IMG/VR virus record: IMGVR_UViG_3300038405_000273
Length of the DNA: 30,471 nucleotides
Source of the DNA: a virus
Reading direction: 5' to 3' (one strand)
The translations under genes and the position numbers were made by a program. Below are positions 1 to 8,374 of this stretch, piece by piece (the first letter of the stretch is position 1; every line of letters begins with the position of its first letter). A model generated the notes under the pieces. That model had not been told where the DNA came from. It worked only from the letters and a program-made list of their open reading frames with translations, and searched no databases.

Positions 1-2
1 TC

Positions 3-1661
3 GTGCGGGCACGCGGTGGATTGACGATTGGAGGGCTGCGCGCGCAGAGCGTAGAGGCCGCGGATGGGGACCTGATCGCGATCTGGGATGATGACGACGA
101 GAACGCGCCAACACGCCTCGAACATCAGATCAGCGAACTCAAGGACGACTTCGGGACGATCCTGTCTACGCTGCTGCTTGTCTGCACATGCGGGTTTTCG
201 TGTCCGAGTGAAGTGCGCCCCGGTGGGTGGGAACTGACGCTAGTCGCACGCCGCGGAGGATTACCGCCGTACCGCGATCTTGTCTATGGAGAGGACACAG
301 CTCTGATGGAGGACATCCGGGCGAGGCATGACGTGCGCACGCTGGATACGTTGGGGCTCTATCGCTACCACTTTCACGGCGGCAACATCTCGAACGTTGA
401 GCACTGGCAATACCTGTTCGAGCGCGCCGGGAACCATCACGACGTGTGGCGCTGTGCAGCGGATCGTGGCCTCGTCGAGCCAGAAGCCGACGAGACGTTC
501 GACGACATAGCGAAGCGTATTCGCAGCACCAAGAGCACTGTTGCGCTCATGCGTGTTACGACGGCTGTCGACCGCTTTCGGGCAAAACACGCTGCTAACG
601 GTCCGCTCGGTGACGAGCGCGCACGCCTTGCTGTACTCCTGGCGACTGCCTTCGCGGAAGCAGGTGAAGCGCAAGCCGCACAGGTGTGGGCTCTTCGTGC
701 CTTGCAGTACGGACCGCGCGCCGATGCGTTTTCACTGCTCGGAGAGATTGCGATCCTTTTTGACGAGTGGGAACAAGCTGAACGTTGGTACGAGAGTGCG
801 TGCGGAGTCACGCCGAGGCGCGAGTCCGATCACTTCGTGCGCCCCCCACACGAGCGCTATGCAGCCCTTCGACAATATGCGCGACCGGTACGTACGGTAC
901 GCCGCCGCGTTCAGCCCAACAACGAGGGGCACGTTCTCGCAGTCATGACGTGTGCGGGGCGCGAGAAGTCCCTTGAGCGCACGCTGCTATCCTTGGAGCG
1001 CGCGGGTCTTGGGCGGTGGAAGGGCGCGATGATTCTAGTCGCTGACGGACCTGTCGAGTGGCGTGCCCATTTTGATTGGTGGCGCCTCCTGCGAAGTGAC
1101 AGCATCGCTGGGCAAGCGAAGACGATGCTGCGTGTCTTCGAAGCGGCGGCAGAACACCCGGCGCTGACCGCGCTCACGCTGATCGAGGACGACGTCGTGC
1201 TCGCGCGCAACGCGCTCGACTACATCGCCACCACGAATATCGATGACGATCTCGCGCTCATCTCGTGGTTCACAACCCAAAACTATCGCGCGCCGTTTTC
1301 ACCGTTTTTGCGGATCACGAGCGCCGCTACGCACCAGCCGTCGAACGCAGGGGTTACATTCCCGGCCGCGACCGTACACGCCGTGCTGGACAGATACTTC
1401 CCAACGAATCAAGCGATCACACTGCCGGCGGATACAGTACGCGCCGTGCTTGATTCGCGGCGTCTGCACGAATGGCCTACGAAGCACGGAGCCGACACGA
1501 TTTTCTGGGAGGTCCCTGGCAAGCCGTGCGCTGTCCACTACCCAAACCTCGTGCAGCATGTAGGGGGGCTAGAGTCGCTCGTCGGGAACGAAGGCGCGCG
1601 CGTCTCCCCTACTTTTCTCGGAGAAGACGCGGATGCTTTCGCTCTTCTCCCGCCGATTTGA
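3..1661 (+). CDS. Multidomain glycosyltransferase, 5'-truncated (GT2-like N-part, TPR-like helices, second GT-A domain)
   Basis: The N-terminal 'AADGDLIAIWDDDD' is a typical GT2 DxD strand. The middle is TPR-like (ADAFSLLGEIAILFDEWEQAERWYESA). The C-terminal part has GT-A-like motifs (VMTCAGRE, TLIEDDVVL, PNLVQHVG). The ORF is open at the window edge. Confidence 0.75.
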   Translation: MRARGGLTIGGLRAQSVEAADGDLIAIWDDDDENAPTRLEHQISELKDDFGTILSTLLLVCTCGFSCPSEVRPGGWELTLVARRGGLPPYRDLVYGEDTALMEDIRARHDVRTLDTLGLYRYHFHGGNISNVEHWQYLFERAGNHHDVWRCAADRGLVEPEADETFDDIAKRIRSTKSTVALMRVTTAVDRFRAKHAANGPLGDERARLAVLLATAFAEAGEAQAAQVWALRALQYGPRADAFSLLGEIAILFDEWEQAERWYESACGVTPRRESDHFVRPPHERYAALRQYARPVRTVRRRVQPNNEGHVLAVMTCAGREKSLERTLLSLERAGLGRWKGAMILVADGPVEWRAHFDWWRLLRSDSIAGQAKTMLRVFEAAAEHPALTALTLIEDDVVLARNALDYIATTNIDDDLALISWFTTQNYRAPFSPFLRITSAATHQPSNAGVTFPAATVHAVLDRYFPTNQAITLPADTVRAVLDSRRLHEWPTKHGADTIFWEVPGKPCAVHYPNLVQHVGGLESLVGNEGARVSPTFLGEDADAFALLPPI

Positions 1662-1687
1662 CAGGCCCACCCCGCGACGGCGATCCT
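1658..1687 (+). promoter_or_regulatory. Putative promoter TTGACA-N18-GATCCT
   Basis: Perfect -35 preceded by GAT, 18-nt spacer, weak -10. Geometry matches the eight other promoters of this class in the window. Confidence 0.45.
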
Positions 1688-1694
1688 GTTCTCC

Positions 1695-1836
1695 ACCAAC
1701 ATACCGGCGGATCTGAAGGCGCGGCTACGACACGGATGGTCCGTGGCGGGCAGTGTTTCTCGTTTCGCCGCCTCTGCTGCGGTCCGGCCGCAGCCGAGCT
1801 TCGGGGTCCGGCCCCGATGGAGGAGGTACAGAGAAC
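1695..1836 (+). ncRNA. Structured 5' leader with three hairpins
   Basis: Hairpins CACGGA-TGG-TCCGTG, GCTGCGG-TCCGG-CCGCAGC (1776-1794) and TCGGGG-TCCGG-CCCCGA (1801-1817) lie directly before the RBS GGAGGAGG. Confidence 0.45.
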
Positions 1837-2340
1837 ATGGCCACGACCACACCAAACAAACGCAAGAAGCTCTACTTCGACTTCGCAATCACGGGCAGCG
1901 CCACGCGGCAGATCTTCCCGGTGACGCAGTTCCGCGCCGGGGTGACCTGCCCCGAGCGGTTCGGCGGCTTCCTGGACGCGCTGGAAGCCCTCACGGCAAG
2001 CTCCAACGCGGGCGCCAAGGCTCGCAACGAGGTCAGCGCGTGGGCGATGATCGCGAACAAGGGCGACGCGCTGGCCGCCGTGACGATCGCGCCCGTGATG
2101 ATCGACTTCATCGGGCCGACAAGCGGGAATGGCCCTGGCGGCATCACAAGGCTTCCGTACCTTACGGTCGGCGGCAACAACCTGGGGGAGAAGTGTGGCC
2201 AGAGCGCCATCTTCGGAACGGCCGGCGTCGAGCGGCATTTCGCCATTCGCGTCCGGCGTGGCAACGTGGCGCCCGGCGGCAGCACGTCGACGGTGCGCGG
2301 CGTGCTCTACGTCGCACGCCAGCACTCGATCGAGGTCTGA
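1837..2340 (+). CDS. Beta-rich 167-aa protein, candidate virion single-jelly-roll protein
   Basis: Strong RBS at 1819-1826 and ATG at 1837, marked G/C third-position bias, and alternating hydrophobic strands (LYFDFAITG, RHFAIRVRR, VRGVLYVAR). The fold is inferred. Confidence 0.55.
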   Translation: MATTTPNKRKKLYFDFAITGSATRQIFPVTQFRAGVTCPERFGGFLDALEALTASSNAGAKARNEVSAWAMIANKGDALAAVTIAPVMIDFIGPTSGNGPGGITRLPYLTVGGNNLGEKCGQSAIFGTAGVERHFAIRVRRGNVAPGGSTSTVRGVLYVARQHSIEV

Positions 2341-2378
2341 TCTAGCCCGCATCCTCGAAACTCGATAGCCTTGGCGGC

Positions 2379-3689
2379 GTGAGCCGCCCGATCATCGACT
2401 TCGAGACCGTCACCGCCGATAACCTCGCCGAGCTGGAACTACCCGAGCCGGTCCGCCTCGTCCTACCAAGCCCCAGACGAGGCGGACCCAAGCTTGGGGA
2501 TGTTCGCGCCGCGCTGGCGCCAAAAGGCTGCGTGCGCTTCTCCGCTTCGGGCGTCCGTCTGTTCGCCGACGTCGATCCAGGCGAGCCGGAAGCGCCGCTC
2601 ATCGCGCTGGACACCATCGCGCGAAGCGACGCGGACGGACTGGAGCGGATGCTCTTTTCGGTGCTCCCGCACGTCGACGAGATCGTGCTCGGTATCGACG
2701 GTCGCAGCGACGACGAAACCCTTGCTGTCGCGCGGGCCTATGCAGACACGGCGTTCGTATTCGAGGCCGCCGACATCGGGATGCCGCTCGAAGACTGGAA
2801 CCCGACGGAGGCGAACCCGCGGGGCAAGATCGACTTTGCTGCCGCTCGCAATCTCGGGCGGGTACGCGTCAAGGCTCCCTGGGCGCTCGTCATCGACAGC
2901 GACGAGTATCTCGGCGAAGCCGACGACATGCGCAAGCACGTGCGCGGAGCTGGCGATGATGTAGGGGGCTTCGGCGTGCCGGTGCGTCTCGGGACGTTCG
3001 AGCACCCCGACGGACAGCGGCTCGCCCGCACGCGCTATCGCTGGACCGAGGCGTCGCACAACCAGCTGCTCTACTCCGAGCGCCGGCTCCCCATCGGGGG
3101 CCGCATCGTATGCGATACGAGCCTGCGCACGCTGGCGGAACAGGCGAAGCGCAATGCACAGCGCCAAGTCGGAATCGAAGAGATGGTGGCCGACGCGGCT
3201 AAGGGCAACCTCACAGCGTTGTTCCACGTCGCGAAGCACAGCGCGGGCGTCGACGATGACATCAACGAGGCTGTGCGGCTCGTAGAGAGCTACCGTCTCA
3301 AGATCGAGCCCCACAGTCCGCTCGCCGACGAGCGCGCTTGGCTCGCGCTCACGATGGCGTTTCGGTACTTCAATGAGGACAATCTCGGCGAGGCAGATCG
3401 CTGGGCCGTTCGCGCGCTCCTCGATGGCCCACGGATGACGGCGTTTTGTCTTCTCGGCGACATCGCGGAGTGCGACGGCGATCTCGTTCGCGCGCGGGGA
3501 TGGTACGAGTGCGCCTGCGCGCTCACGGAAGGCCAGCAGATCGAGTGGCCGGGCGTGACGGAGCTGCGGTACGGGCGGCTATCTGGGATTCGAAAGGCGC
3601 TGGCGGTGCCGGAGCGCGCTCGCGAGGTTGGTCAGCTAGAAATCATTGATGACGATGCGCATCCTGATAAGCCATCGCCGCTCCCGTAG
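2379..3689 (+). CDS. GT2-family glycosyltransferase with C-terminal TPR-like helices
   Basis: Motifs 'VDEIVLGIDGRSDDET', 'DFAAARN', 'WALVIDSDEYL' (DxD) and 'WTEASHNQL', followed by TPR-like 'AFCLLGDIAECDGDLVRARGWYECA'. Confidence 0.85.
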   Translation: MSRPIIDFETVTADNLAELELPEPVRLVLPSPRRGGPKLGDVRAALAPKGCVRFSASGVRLFADVDPGEPEAPLIALDTIARSDADGLERMLFSVLPHVDEIVLGIDGRSDDETLAVARAYADTAFVFEAADIGMPLEDWNPTEANPRGKIDFAAARNLGRVRVKAPWALVIDSDEYLGEADDMRKHVRGAGDDVGGFGVPVRLGTFEHPDGQRLARTRYRWTEASHNQLLYSERRLPIGGRIVCDTSLRTLAEQAKRNAQRQVGIEEMVADAAKGNLTALFHVAKHSAGVDDDINEAVRLVESYRLKIEPHSPLADERAWLALTMAFRYFNEDNLGEADRWAVRALLDGPRMTAFCLLGDIAECDGDLVRARGWYECACALTEGQQIEWPGVTELRYGRLSGIRKALAVPERAREVGQLEIIDDDAHPDKPSPLP

Positions 3690-3873
3690 CAACCAGCTTC
3701 AGCGCGAGCAGGAAGCCCGTTAACCAGGTAGCCTCCACGCCGATTACGGCAGCCGCGTCGACGACTGGAGCGTCGTAGAGGTCTTCGACGTCGCTGGCGT
3801 ACGCCTTGATCTTGTCCCAGGTGGTCGCCGCTGCCGGAGCCGCCGTAGCGGGCGCGTCCGCCCCGAAGATCAT
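3643..3873 (-). CDS. Small membrane protein
   Basis: ATGA overlap with the upstream gene and a hydrophobic segment. Overlaps the convergent GT gene end by about 47 nt. Confidence 0.5.
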   Translation of the reverse strand: MIFGADAPATAAPAAATTWDKIKAYASDVEDLYDAPVVDAAAVIGVEATWLTGFLLALKLVATGAAMAYQDAHRHQ

Positions 3874-4655
3874 CGCTTCAGCAGCGCGACGAGAACGACG
3901 GCGCCGACCACTACCCCGCCGATGACGAGGTACTTGCGCGGGACCGCACCGACGCCGGGGAGCTTCACGACAGCGCCGCCGCCTTTTCCGCCCTTCCCGC
4001 CTCCGGCGCTCGCATCGGCGTTCGCGTCAGCCTCGGCCGCCGTGCCGGCGTCTTGCGCGGGCCCTGTATCGACCGTGCCGTCGCCGCCAGCCGAAGAGGA
4101 CGCTGCTGGAAGCGGTGCTTCGCCCGGGTTCGCCGGTGCCTCGCCGCTCGCGTGCGCCTTGCCTAGCAGGTGATTCATGAGGGCGATCAGCACAGGGACA
4201 GAGGCGCTGACGGTGGCCGCCGTGACGACTTCGCCGAGCAGAATGGATTCGGCAGAGGGACCAAAGAAACTTGGCCCGGCGAGCAGCGCAAGCGCCGGGC
4301 CGTGCGGCGGGTGCCGATTCAGGTAGTGCTTCGTCCAGTCGCGCGCTTCTTTCTTTTCGGCGTCGGTCGGCGTTTTGCTCTTTCGCCGATCCCACGCGAG
4401 CTTCACCGCGCGCCGGTCCTTGAGCCGCTGGACGCGATGGCGCACCGGCGTGAGCGCCCACGAGGCGAGCTTCTTTCCCGCGACGGCCATGACCGCCAGC
4501 TCGGGATTGGTCGCCTCGACGGCATACTTCCCGTACTTCTTGGTGACTCGGCCGGTGGCCTTGGCCCCCTTCGCGACACCGCGCCCGACAGCTCTGAACG
4601 GGGAGGTGACCGAGAAGCCGAGCGGGCCTCCAAGCGGTGCCTGCGAGGTGATCAT
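3870..4655 (-). CDS. Putative virion membrane protein (basic N-domain, Ala/Gly linker, C-terminal TM)
   Basis: C-terminal TM 'YLVIGGVVVGAVVLVALLKR', Lys/Arg-rich N-half, operon-like packing. Confidence 0.7.
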   Translation of the reverse strand: MITSQAPLGGPLGFSVTSPFRAVGRGVAKGAKATGRVTKKYGKYAVEATNPELAVMAVAGKKLASWALTPVRHRVQRLKDRRAVKLAWDRRKSKTPTDAEKKEARDWTKHYLNRHPPHGPALALLAGPSFFGPSAESILLGEVVTAATVSASVPVLIALMNHLLGKAHASGEAPANPGEAPLPAASSSAGGDGTVDTGPAQDAGTAAEADANADASAGGGKGGKGGGAVVKLPGVGAVPRKYLVIGGVVVGAVVLVALLKR

Positions 4656-4658
4656 TGC

Positions 4659-4748
4659 TCAGCGCGCGACTTTGACGCCGATGACGATAGCCGCGCCCGC
4701 GAGAAGGGCGCCGAAGACGATGGGGAGGTAGCCGCCAGAAGTGTTCAC
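4659..4748 (-). CDS. 29-aa transmembrane micropeptide MNTSGGYLPIVFGALLAGAAIVIGVKVAR (not in the ORF track)
   Basis: AGGAG RBS 7 nt before a GTG, a single TM helix, and it fills the gap between two co-oriented genes. Confidence 0.65.
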   Translation of the reverse strand: MNTSGGYLPIVFGALLAGAAIVIGVKVAR

Positions 4749-4779
4749 GATTCAACTCCTTGTTGGATAGCGAGACGGC

Positions 4780-5457
4780 TTAGCGCCGCCGACGACGATA
4801 GCCTTCGATCGAAGCGGCGCGCTTGCCGTGGGCGCCTCCGGCCTTTTTCTTGCCCTTCTTCTTGACGAAGAGGTACCCGCCCACGCCCGCCACCAAGATG
4901 ATCCCGCCGAAGAGCAAAAAGTGGTGCTTCTTCGGCGAGGCTGTGGCGGTCGCGCCTTCGTCGCCGCTCGGCGTCGCGCTCGCGTCGGGCGTGGAAGCGT
5001 CTTGCGCCGGCGTCAAGTCAGTCGCGGGCGCGCTCGGCGAGACGGCCGCCTGCGGCGCCGGGGCGACGGGTGCGATGGCCGGTTGAGGCGTCGCCGCTGC
5101 TGCTTGGGCCTGCGCCGCTGCAGCCTGGGCGGCTTGCGCAGTCGCCTGGGCTGCAGCTGCTTGGGCTTGGAGCGCCGCGATCTGCTGGGCGACGTTTGCA
5201 TCGCGCGCAGCCTCGGCAGCTCGGCGCACACGCTCGTGCTCGTAGCGCAGACGCGCCTGGTCGGCGACGCGTTGAGCATCGCGAGCCCGGCGGATCGCGC
5301 TGTAGTCCGGGCGGAACGTCGAACGCGCGACGACGGGCGGCGGCGGGTTGAAATGTCGCCAGCCCGAACGCGCGACGGCAACGGGCGGTGGCGCGGGCGG
5401 GGGAGGCCGGCGCCAGCCGGGGGACGGGTACGGGGCGCGGGGGAAGCCGATCTGCAT
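4780..5457 (-). CDS. Putative virion membrane protein (Pro-rich, coiled coil, TM, poly-Arg tail)
   Basis: Ala/Gln coiled coil, TM 'FLLFGGIILVAGVGGYLFV', ends 'SIEGYRRRRR'. Confidence 0.7.
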   Translation of the reverse strand: MQIGFPRAPYPSPGWRRPPPPAPPPVAVARSGWRHFNPPPPVVARSTFRPDYSAIRRARDAQRVADQARLRYEHERVRRAAEAARDANVAQQIAALQAQAAAAQATAQAAQAAAAQAQAAAATPQPAIAPVAPAPQAAVSPSAPATDLTPAQDASTPDASATPSGDEGATATASPKKHHFLLFGGIILVAGVGGYLFVKKKGKKKAGGAHGKRAASIEGYRRRRR

Positions 5458-5460
5458 TTT

Positions 5461-5814
5461 TCACTTCCTCATTGCGAGAAAAAGGACGAGGCCGACGACG
5501 ACTGCACCGCCGATCAACAGCAAGTTGCCGCGCTGGACGGGCCCGGCGGGAGCCGGAGCAGCGTCGTCATCCGCGGCCGGACCAGGCATCATCGGACCGG
5601 GCCCCGGCCCCATCGGTCCCGGCGGACGAATAATCCCGCGCGCCCGGTCGGCGTACTCCGTGACCTGGGCGTACTGCCCCGGCGCGTATGCCTGAGCGGC
5701 CGAGGCAGCGGCGCGCTGTACGCGCGGATCAGCGGCCACGTGATAGACACCCCGCGCTGCGCTTTTGACGGCGGAGAACGGGTTGAACCCCAGTTGCGGA
5801 GTACCGACGAGCAC
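5461..5814 (-). CDS. Small membrane protein with C-terminal TM
   Basis: TM 'LLLIGGAVVVGLVLFLAMRK'. The GTG start lies 7 nt after a -10 box. Confidence 0.7.
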   Translation of the reverse strand: MLVGTPQLGFNPFSAVKSAARGVYHVAADPRVQRAAASAAQAYAPGQYAQVTEYADRARGIIRPPGPMGPGPGPMMPGPAADDDAAPAPAGPVQRGNLLLIGGAVVVGLVLFLAMRK

Positions 5815-5821
5815 GAAGTCA

Positions 5822-5851
5822 AGAGTACAGGTCGGCTGCCGGAAGCGTCAA
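5822..5851 (-). promoter_or_regulatory. Leaderless promoter TTGACG-N18-TACTCT, 7 nt to GTG(5814)
   Basis: Sigma70-like hexamers; mirror image of the promoter at 5871. Confidence 0.65.
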
Positions 5852-5870
5852 ATCGGCGTCCCGCTTGGAT

Positions 5871-5900
5871 TTGACGAGGGAGCGCTCCGACGGGCATTCT
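5871..5900 (+). promoter_or_regulatory. Promoter TTGACG-N18-CATTCT, 7 nt to GTG(5908)
   Basis: Divergent partner of 5822-5851. Inverted repeat CGTCAAATC(5846-5854)/GATTTGACG(5868-5876). Confidence 0.6.
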
Positions 5901-5907
5901 GGAGTTC

Positions 5908-6468
5908 GTGTTGTACGACGCCGGTCCGGTCCTTCGCGCGCACAACGTGAGCACGCTCAACGATCGCGTCGTGCTCTTGCGCCGCCTCGTGTGGCAAGGC
6001 GAGAATGCGTTCGACTCGAAGAGCCCGCCAGTAGGTGGCCTGCGTGATCCTCGCATGCGGCAGATCGGTCTCGCCGTCACGCAGGTGTGCCGTGCACGCG
6101 ACGATCGCTGCGAGCTGGCCGCGATCTTCGAGTTCGTGAAGACGAACATCCGGTACACCGGCGACATCACGCAGAAGGACACGTTCCAGAGCGCATGGCG
6201 CACGCTGCAGCTCGGGGGCGGCGACTGTGATGATCACGCCGTGGTCAACGCCGTGCTCGCCATGGAGAATGGGTTCGAGACGCGCTTCCGCATCACCTCG
6301 AATACCGGGGCGACGTGGGACCACATCTACTGCTTGGCGGCCGTGCCGAAGGTGGCGCCGCGCAAGTGGATCGCGCTCGACACCACGCTGCCGGGCACGA
6401 ACAAGTTTGGCGTCGAGCCGCCGCGCGCGAAGTACCAGGACTTCCCGGTGACGGAGCCCCGCCGATGA
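5908..6468 (+). CDS. Transglutaminase-like (papain-fold) Cys-His-Asp enzyme, candidate viral protease
   Basis: 'IFEFVKTNIRYTGD' followed by 'GGGDCDDHAV' (Cys), 'WDHIY' (His) and 'WIALDTT' (Asp), the canonical motif order of the transglutaminase-like superfamily. Confidence 0.85.
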   Translation: MLYDAGPVLRAHNVSTLNDRVVLLRRLVWQGENAFDSKSPPVGGLRDPRMRQIGLAVTQVCRARDDRCELAAIFEFVKTNIRYTGDITQKDTFQSAWRTLQLGGGDCDDHAVVNAVLAMENGFETRFRITSNTGATWDHIYCLAAVPKVAPRKWIALDTTLPGTNKFGVEPPRAKYQDFPVTEPRR

Positions 6469-6680
6469 GCCGCTCCGACGGCAACGTGCGAACGCTCGTC
6501 CTTCCCGACGGCGGCACCGTGGACATTCCGCTCCCGGACAGCCGCTCGCGCTTCGTCGTGAAGTCGGGCGGCATCCTCTCGGAAGCGCCGGGGCGCACGT
6601 TTCCCACGCTGCTCGTCGGAGTCGTGCTCGGCGTCGCGGTCGGCATCGGCGCCACTGCGTGGTATTTCCGGAGTCGCTAA
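6465..6680 (+). CDS. Small membrane protein (71 aa)
   Basis: ATGA coupling to the TGase-like gene; C-terminal TM 'TLLVGVVLGVAVGIGATAWYF'. Confidence 0.7.
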   Translation: MSRSDGNVRTLVLPDGGTVDIPLPDSRSRFVVKSGGILSEAPGRTFPTLLVGVVLGVAVGIGATAWYFRSR

Positions 6681-6683
6681 GAA

Positions 6684-6869
6684 GTGTTGCAGCCAGGTTC
6701 GGCGCAGCCAACAGGTCTCCAGGTCCTCGGCACGTTCGTGTGGCGCATCGTCACGCGCCTCGTCCAGAACCGCTCGTATGCCGACGTGATCATTTCGATC
6801 AAAGACGGGAAGGTCCAATTCGTGCGGGTGCACCAGACGTTTTTGCCCGACCAGGTCCCGCGGGAGTAG
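6684..6869 (+). CDS. Small protein, weakly DUF2292/YezD-like
   Basis: Helix followed by the hairpin pattern 'YADVIISIKDGKVQFV'; fills an operon gap. Confidence 0.45.
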   Translation: MLQPGSAQPTGLQVLGTFVWRIVTRLVQNRSYADVIISIKDGKVQFVRVHQTFLPDQVPRE

Positions 6870-6872
6870 TCT
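6843..6872 (+). promoter_or_regulatory. Leaderless promoter TTGCCC-N18-TAGTCT, 7 nt to GTG(6880)
   Basis: Same spacing as the other class members; no clear RBS at normal distance. Confidence 0.55.
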
Positions 6873-6879
6873 GGGATAC

Positions 6880-7536
6880 GTGCTCTTCGGCATGGTACAT
6901 GGCTTTGGCGCGACTGCAGCGGCGGAGCCAGGAGTCTGCCCACCGCATCCGTCGCACAAGCCGACGCCGCTCACCAAGGTTCGGCGCCTCCAAAATGCGC
7001 TCCGCAGCCTCGCCAAGCGTGTGAGCGACACGGCGCTTGTCGTGAAGGCAGATGGACTCATCGGGCCGCACACCGTCGCCGCGACGAACCGTGCACTCGC
7101 TACGTACGCGCCTGGGTTCACGAGCGGCGGGTTCACCAAGGCGCAGATCGTGCGGCTCGCTTCGCAGATCGCCGCGTACCTGGAGAAGGCGCCCTACTCG
7201 ACGCCAGCGGCGGCCGCTGCAGCAGCTCCGGTTTTGGCCCCGCCGCCAGCAATGATACCGTCACAACAGGCGTCCGCGCCCGACACAGCGCCCGCGCCGG
7301 AAGGATCAGCGATGCCACCGTACAGCCAGCCAGGGTACTACCCGCCGAACTACTACCCGCCTCGTGGCCCCGGCGGGCTGCCGACCAACCGCGCTACCGT
7401 GGACGTCAAGGCATTCATCCCGGCGCAGTACGAGCACGTGCAGATCAACCCCGGCACGGCGATGCTCGTCATCGGGCTTGGTGTGGCCGTGACGCTGCTG
7501 CTCACGAAAGAGAAGCGAGCGAAGAAAGCCGCCTGA
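6880..7536 (+). CDS. Membrane protein with a peptidoglycan-binding-like N-domain
   Basis: 'VRRLQNALRSL...VKADGLIGPHTVAA' matches the PG_binding_1 pattern (V..LQ..L....DG.FG..T..A). Pro-rich linker and C-terminal TM. Confidence 0.65.
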   Translation: MLFGMVHGFGATAAAEPGVCPPHPSHKPTPLTKVRRLQNALRSLAKRVSDTALVVKADGLIGPHTVAATNRALATYAPGFTSGGFTKAQIVRLASQIAAYLEKAPYSTPAAAAAAAPVLAPPPAMIPSQQASAPDTAPAPEGSAMPPYSQPGYYPPNYYPPRGPGGLPTNRATVDVKAFIPAQYEHVQINPGTAMLVIGLGVAVTLLLTKEKRAKKAA

Positions 7537-7542
7537 GCCGCT

Positions 7543-7743
7543 GTGATCATCAAGGCGCAAAGCCTCGCGACCACTGCGCTCTCACAGGTCGGAATGCAGG
7601 GCTTCTCCGACGACGCGCGCACCGCGATCCAGAAGGCGCCCGACTACTTCGTGTGGTGGTACACCGTGAAGTCGGTGGGGTTGGGGGTTGCGGTGGCCGC
7701 GCTCGGATTCATGATCGGGCGGGCGACGGCGAAGAGGAGCTGA
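7543..7743 (+). CDS. Small membrane protein
   Basis: TM 'VGLGVAVAALGFMIG'; operon context. Confidence 0.6.
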   Translation: MIIKAQSLATTALSQVGMQGFSDDARTAIQKAPDYFVWWYTVKSVGLGVAVAALGFMIGRATAKRS

Positions 7744-7745
7744 CG

Positions 7746-7940
7746 ATGGCCAAGACGAAGCTCGATCTGATTTTGGACCGCGTGCGGTGCGGCCAGCGCG
7801 AGGTCACGTTCGACACTGAGGGCTACACGAAGCAGCAAGTAGCCCGGATTCGGCAGGCAGCGAAGGCGCGAGGGCTGCACGTATCGGGCACACAACGTTG
7901 GGTGCTCGTTCGCGACCTGTCGTGTGCCAAGAGGAGTTGA
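7746..7940 (+). CDS. Small basic protein (64 aa)
   Basis: GAGGAG RBS and ATG at 7746. Confidence 0.65.
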   Translation: MAKTKLDLILDRVRCGQREVTFDTEGYTKQQVARIRQAAKARGLHVSGTQRWVLVRDLSCAKRS

Positions 7941-7942
7941 CG

Positions 7943-8374
7943 ATGGCGCGTGTCGAAGACGTCACCGGTTACTTGATTCGCAACACGAGCGGACCTGGTG
8001 ACTACGTCAAGCGTGTTCAGCAGACCAAGCCCGCCTTTCGCTTGACGCCATCCCTCGAAGCGTTCTTAGAGAAGCTCCGCGCACCGAGCGACAAGACGAT
8101 CGGTCGCATCTCGAACACGCTCGCGTATGCGCGCGCAATCACGGGAAGCAAGCCGTCGTACCACACCAACATGATTCGTCTCATCAAGGGCGGAAACATC
8201 CAGGTGTGCGAGGTGGCAGCTCCCCCGCCTGCCGGCAGCAATGCGCATCGCGAGACGCCATACAACGATCGGTTCTACTTCTTGAAGGTCGGCCACGCTT
8301 GCCCGACGGAAATCGAGCCGAGCGCGGCGACGTTTCAGGGCGTGCGCTCCAAGCGTAAGCGTCGTCGCCGCTGA
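7943..8374 (+). CDS. Basic protein ending in FQG-VRSKRKRRRR
   Basis: GAGGAG RBS and ATG at 7943; Arg-rich tail. Confidence 0.65.
   Translation: MARVEDVTGYLIRNTSGPGDYVKRVQQTKPAFRLTPSLEAFLEKLRAPSDKTIGRISNTLAYARAITGSKPSYHTNMIRLIKGGNIQVCEVAAPPPAGSNAHRETPYNDRFYFLKVGHACPTEIEPSAATFQGVRSKRKRRRR

Noticed and set aside
1695-1836. Known riboswitch (c-di-GMP, ZTP or SAM classes)
   Set aside because: I could not find their conserved cores by eye; an Rfam scan is needed to be certain.
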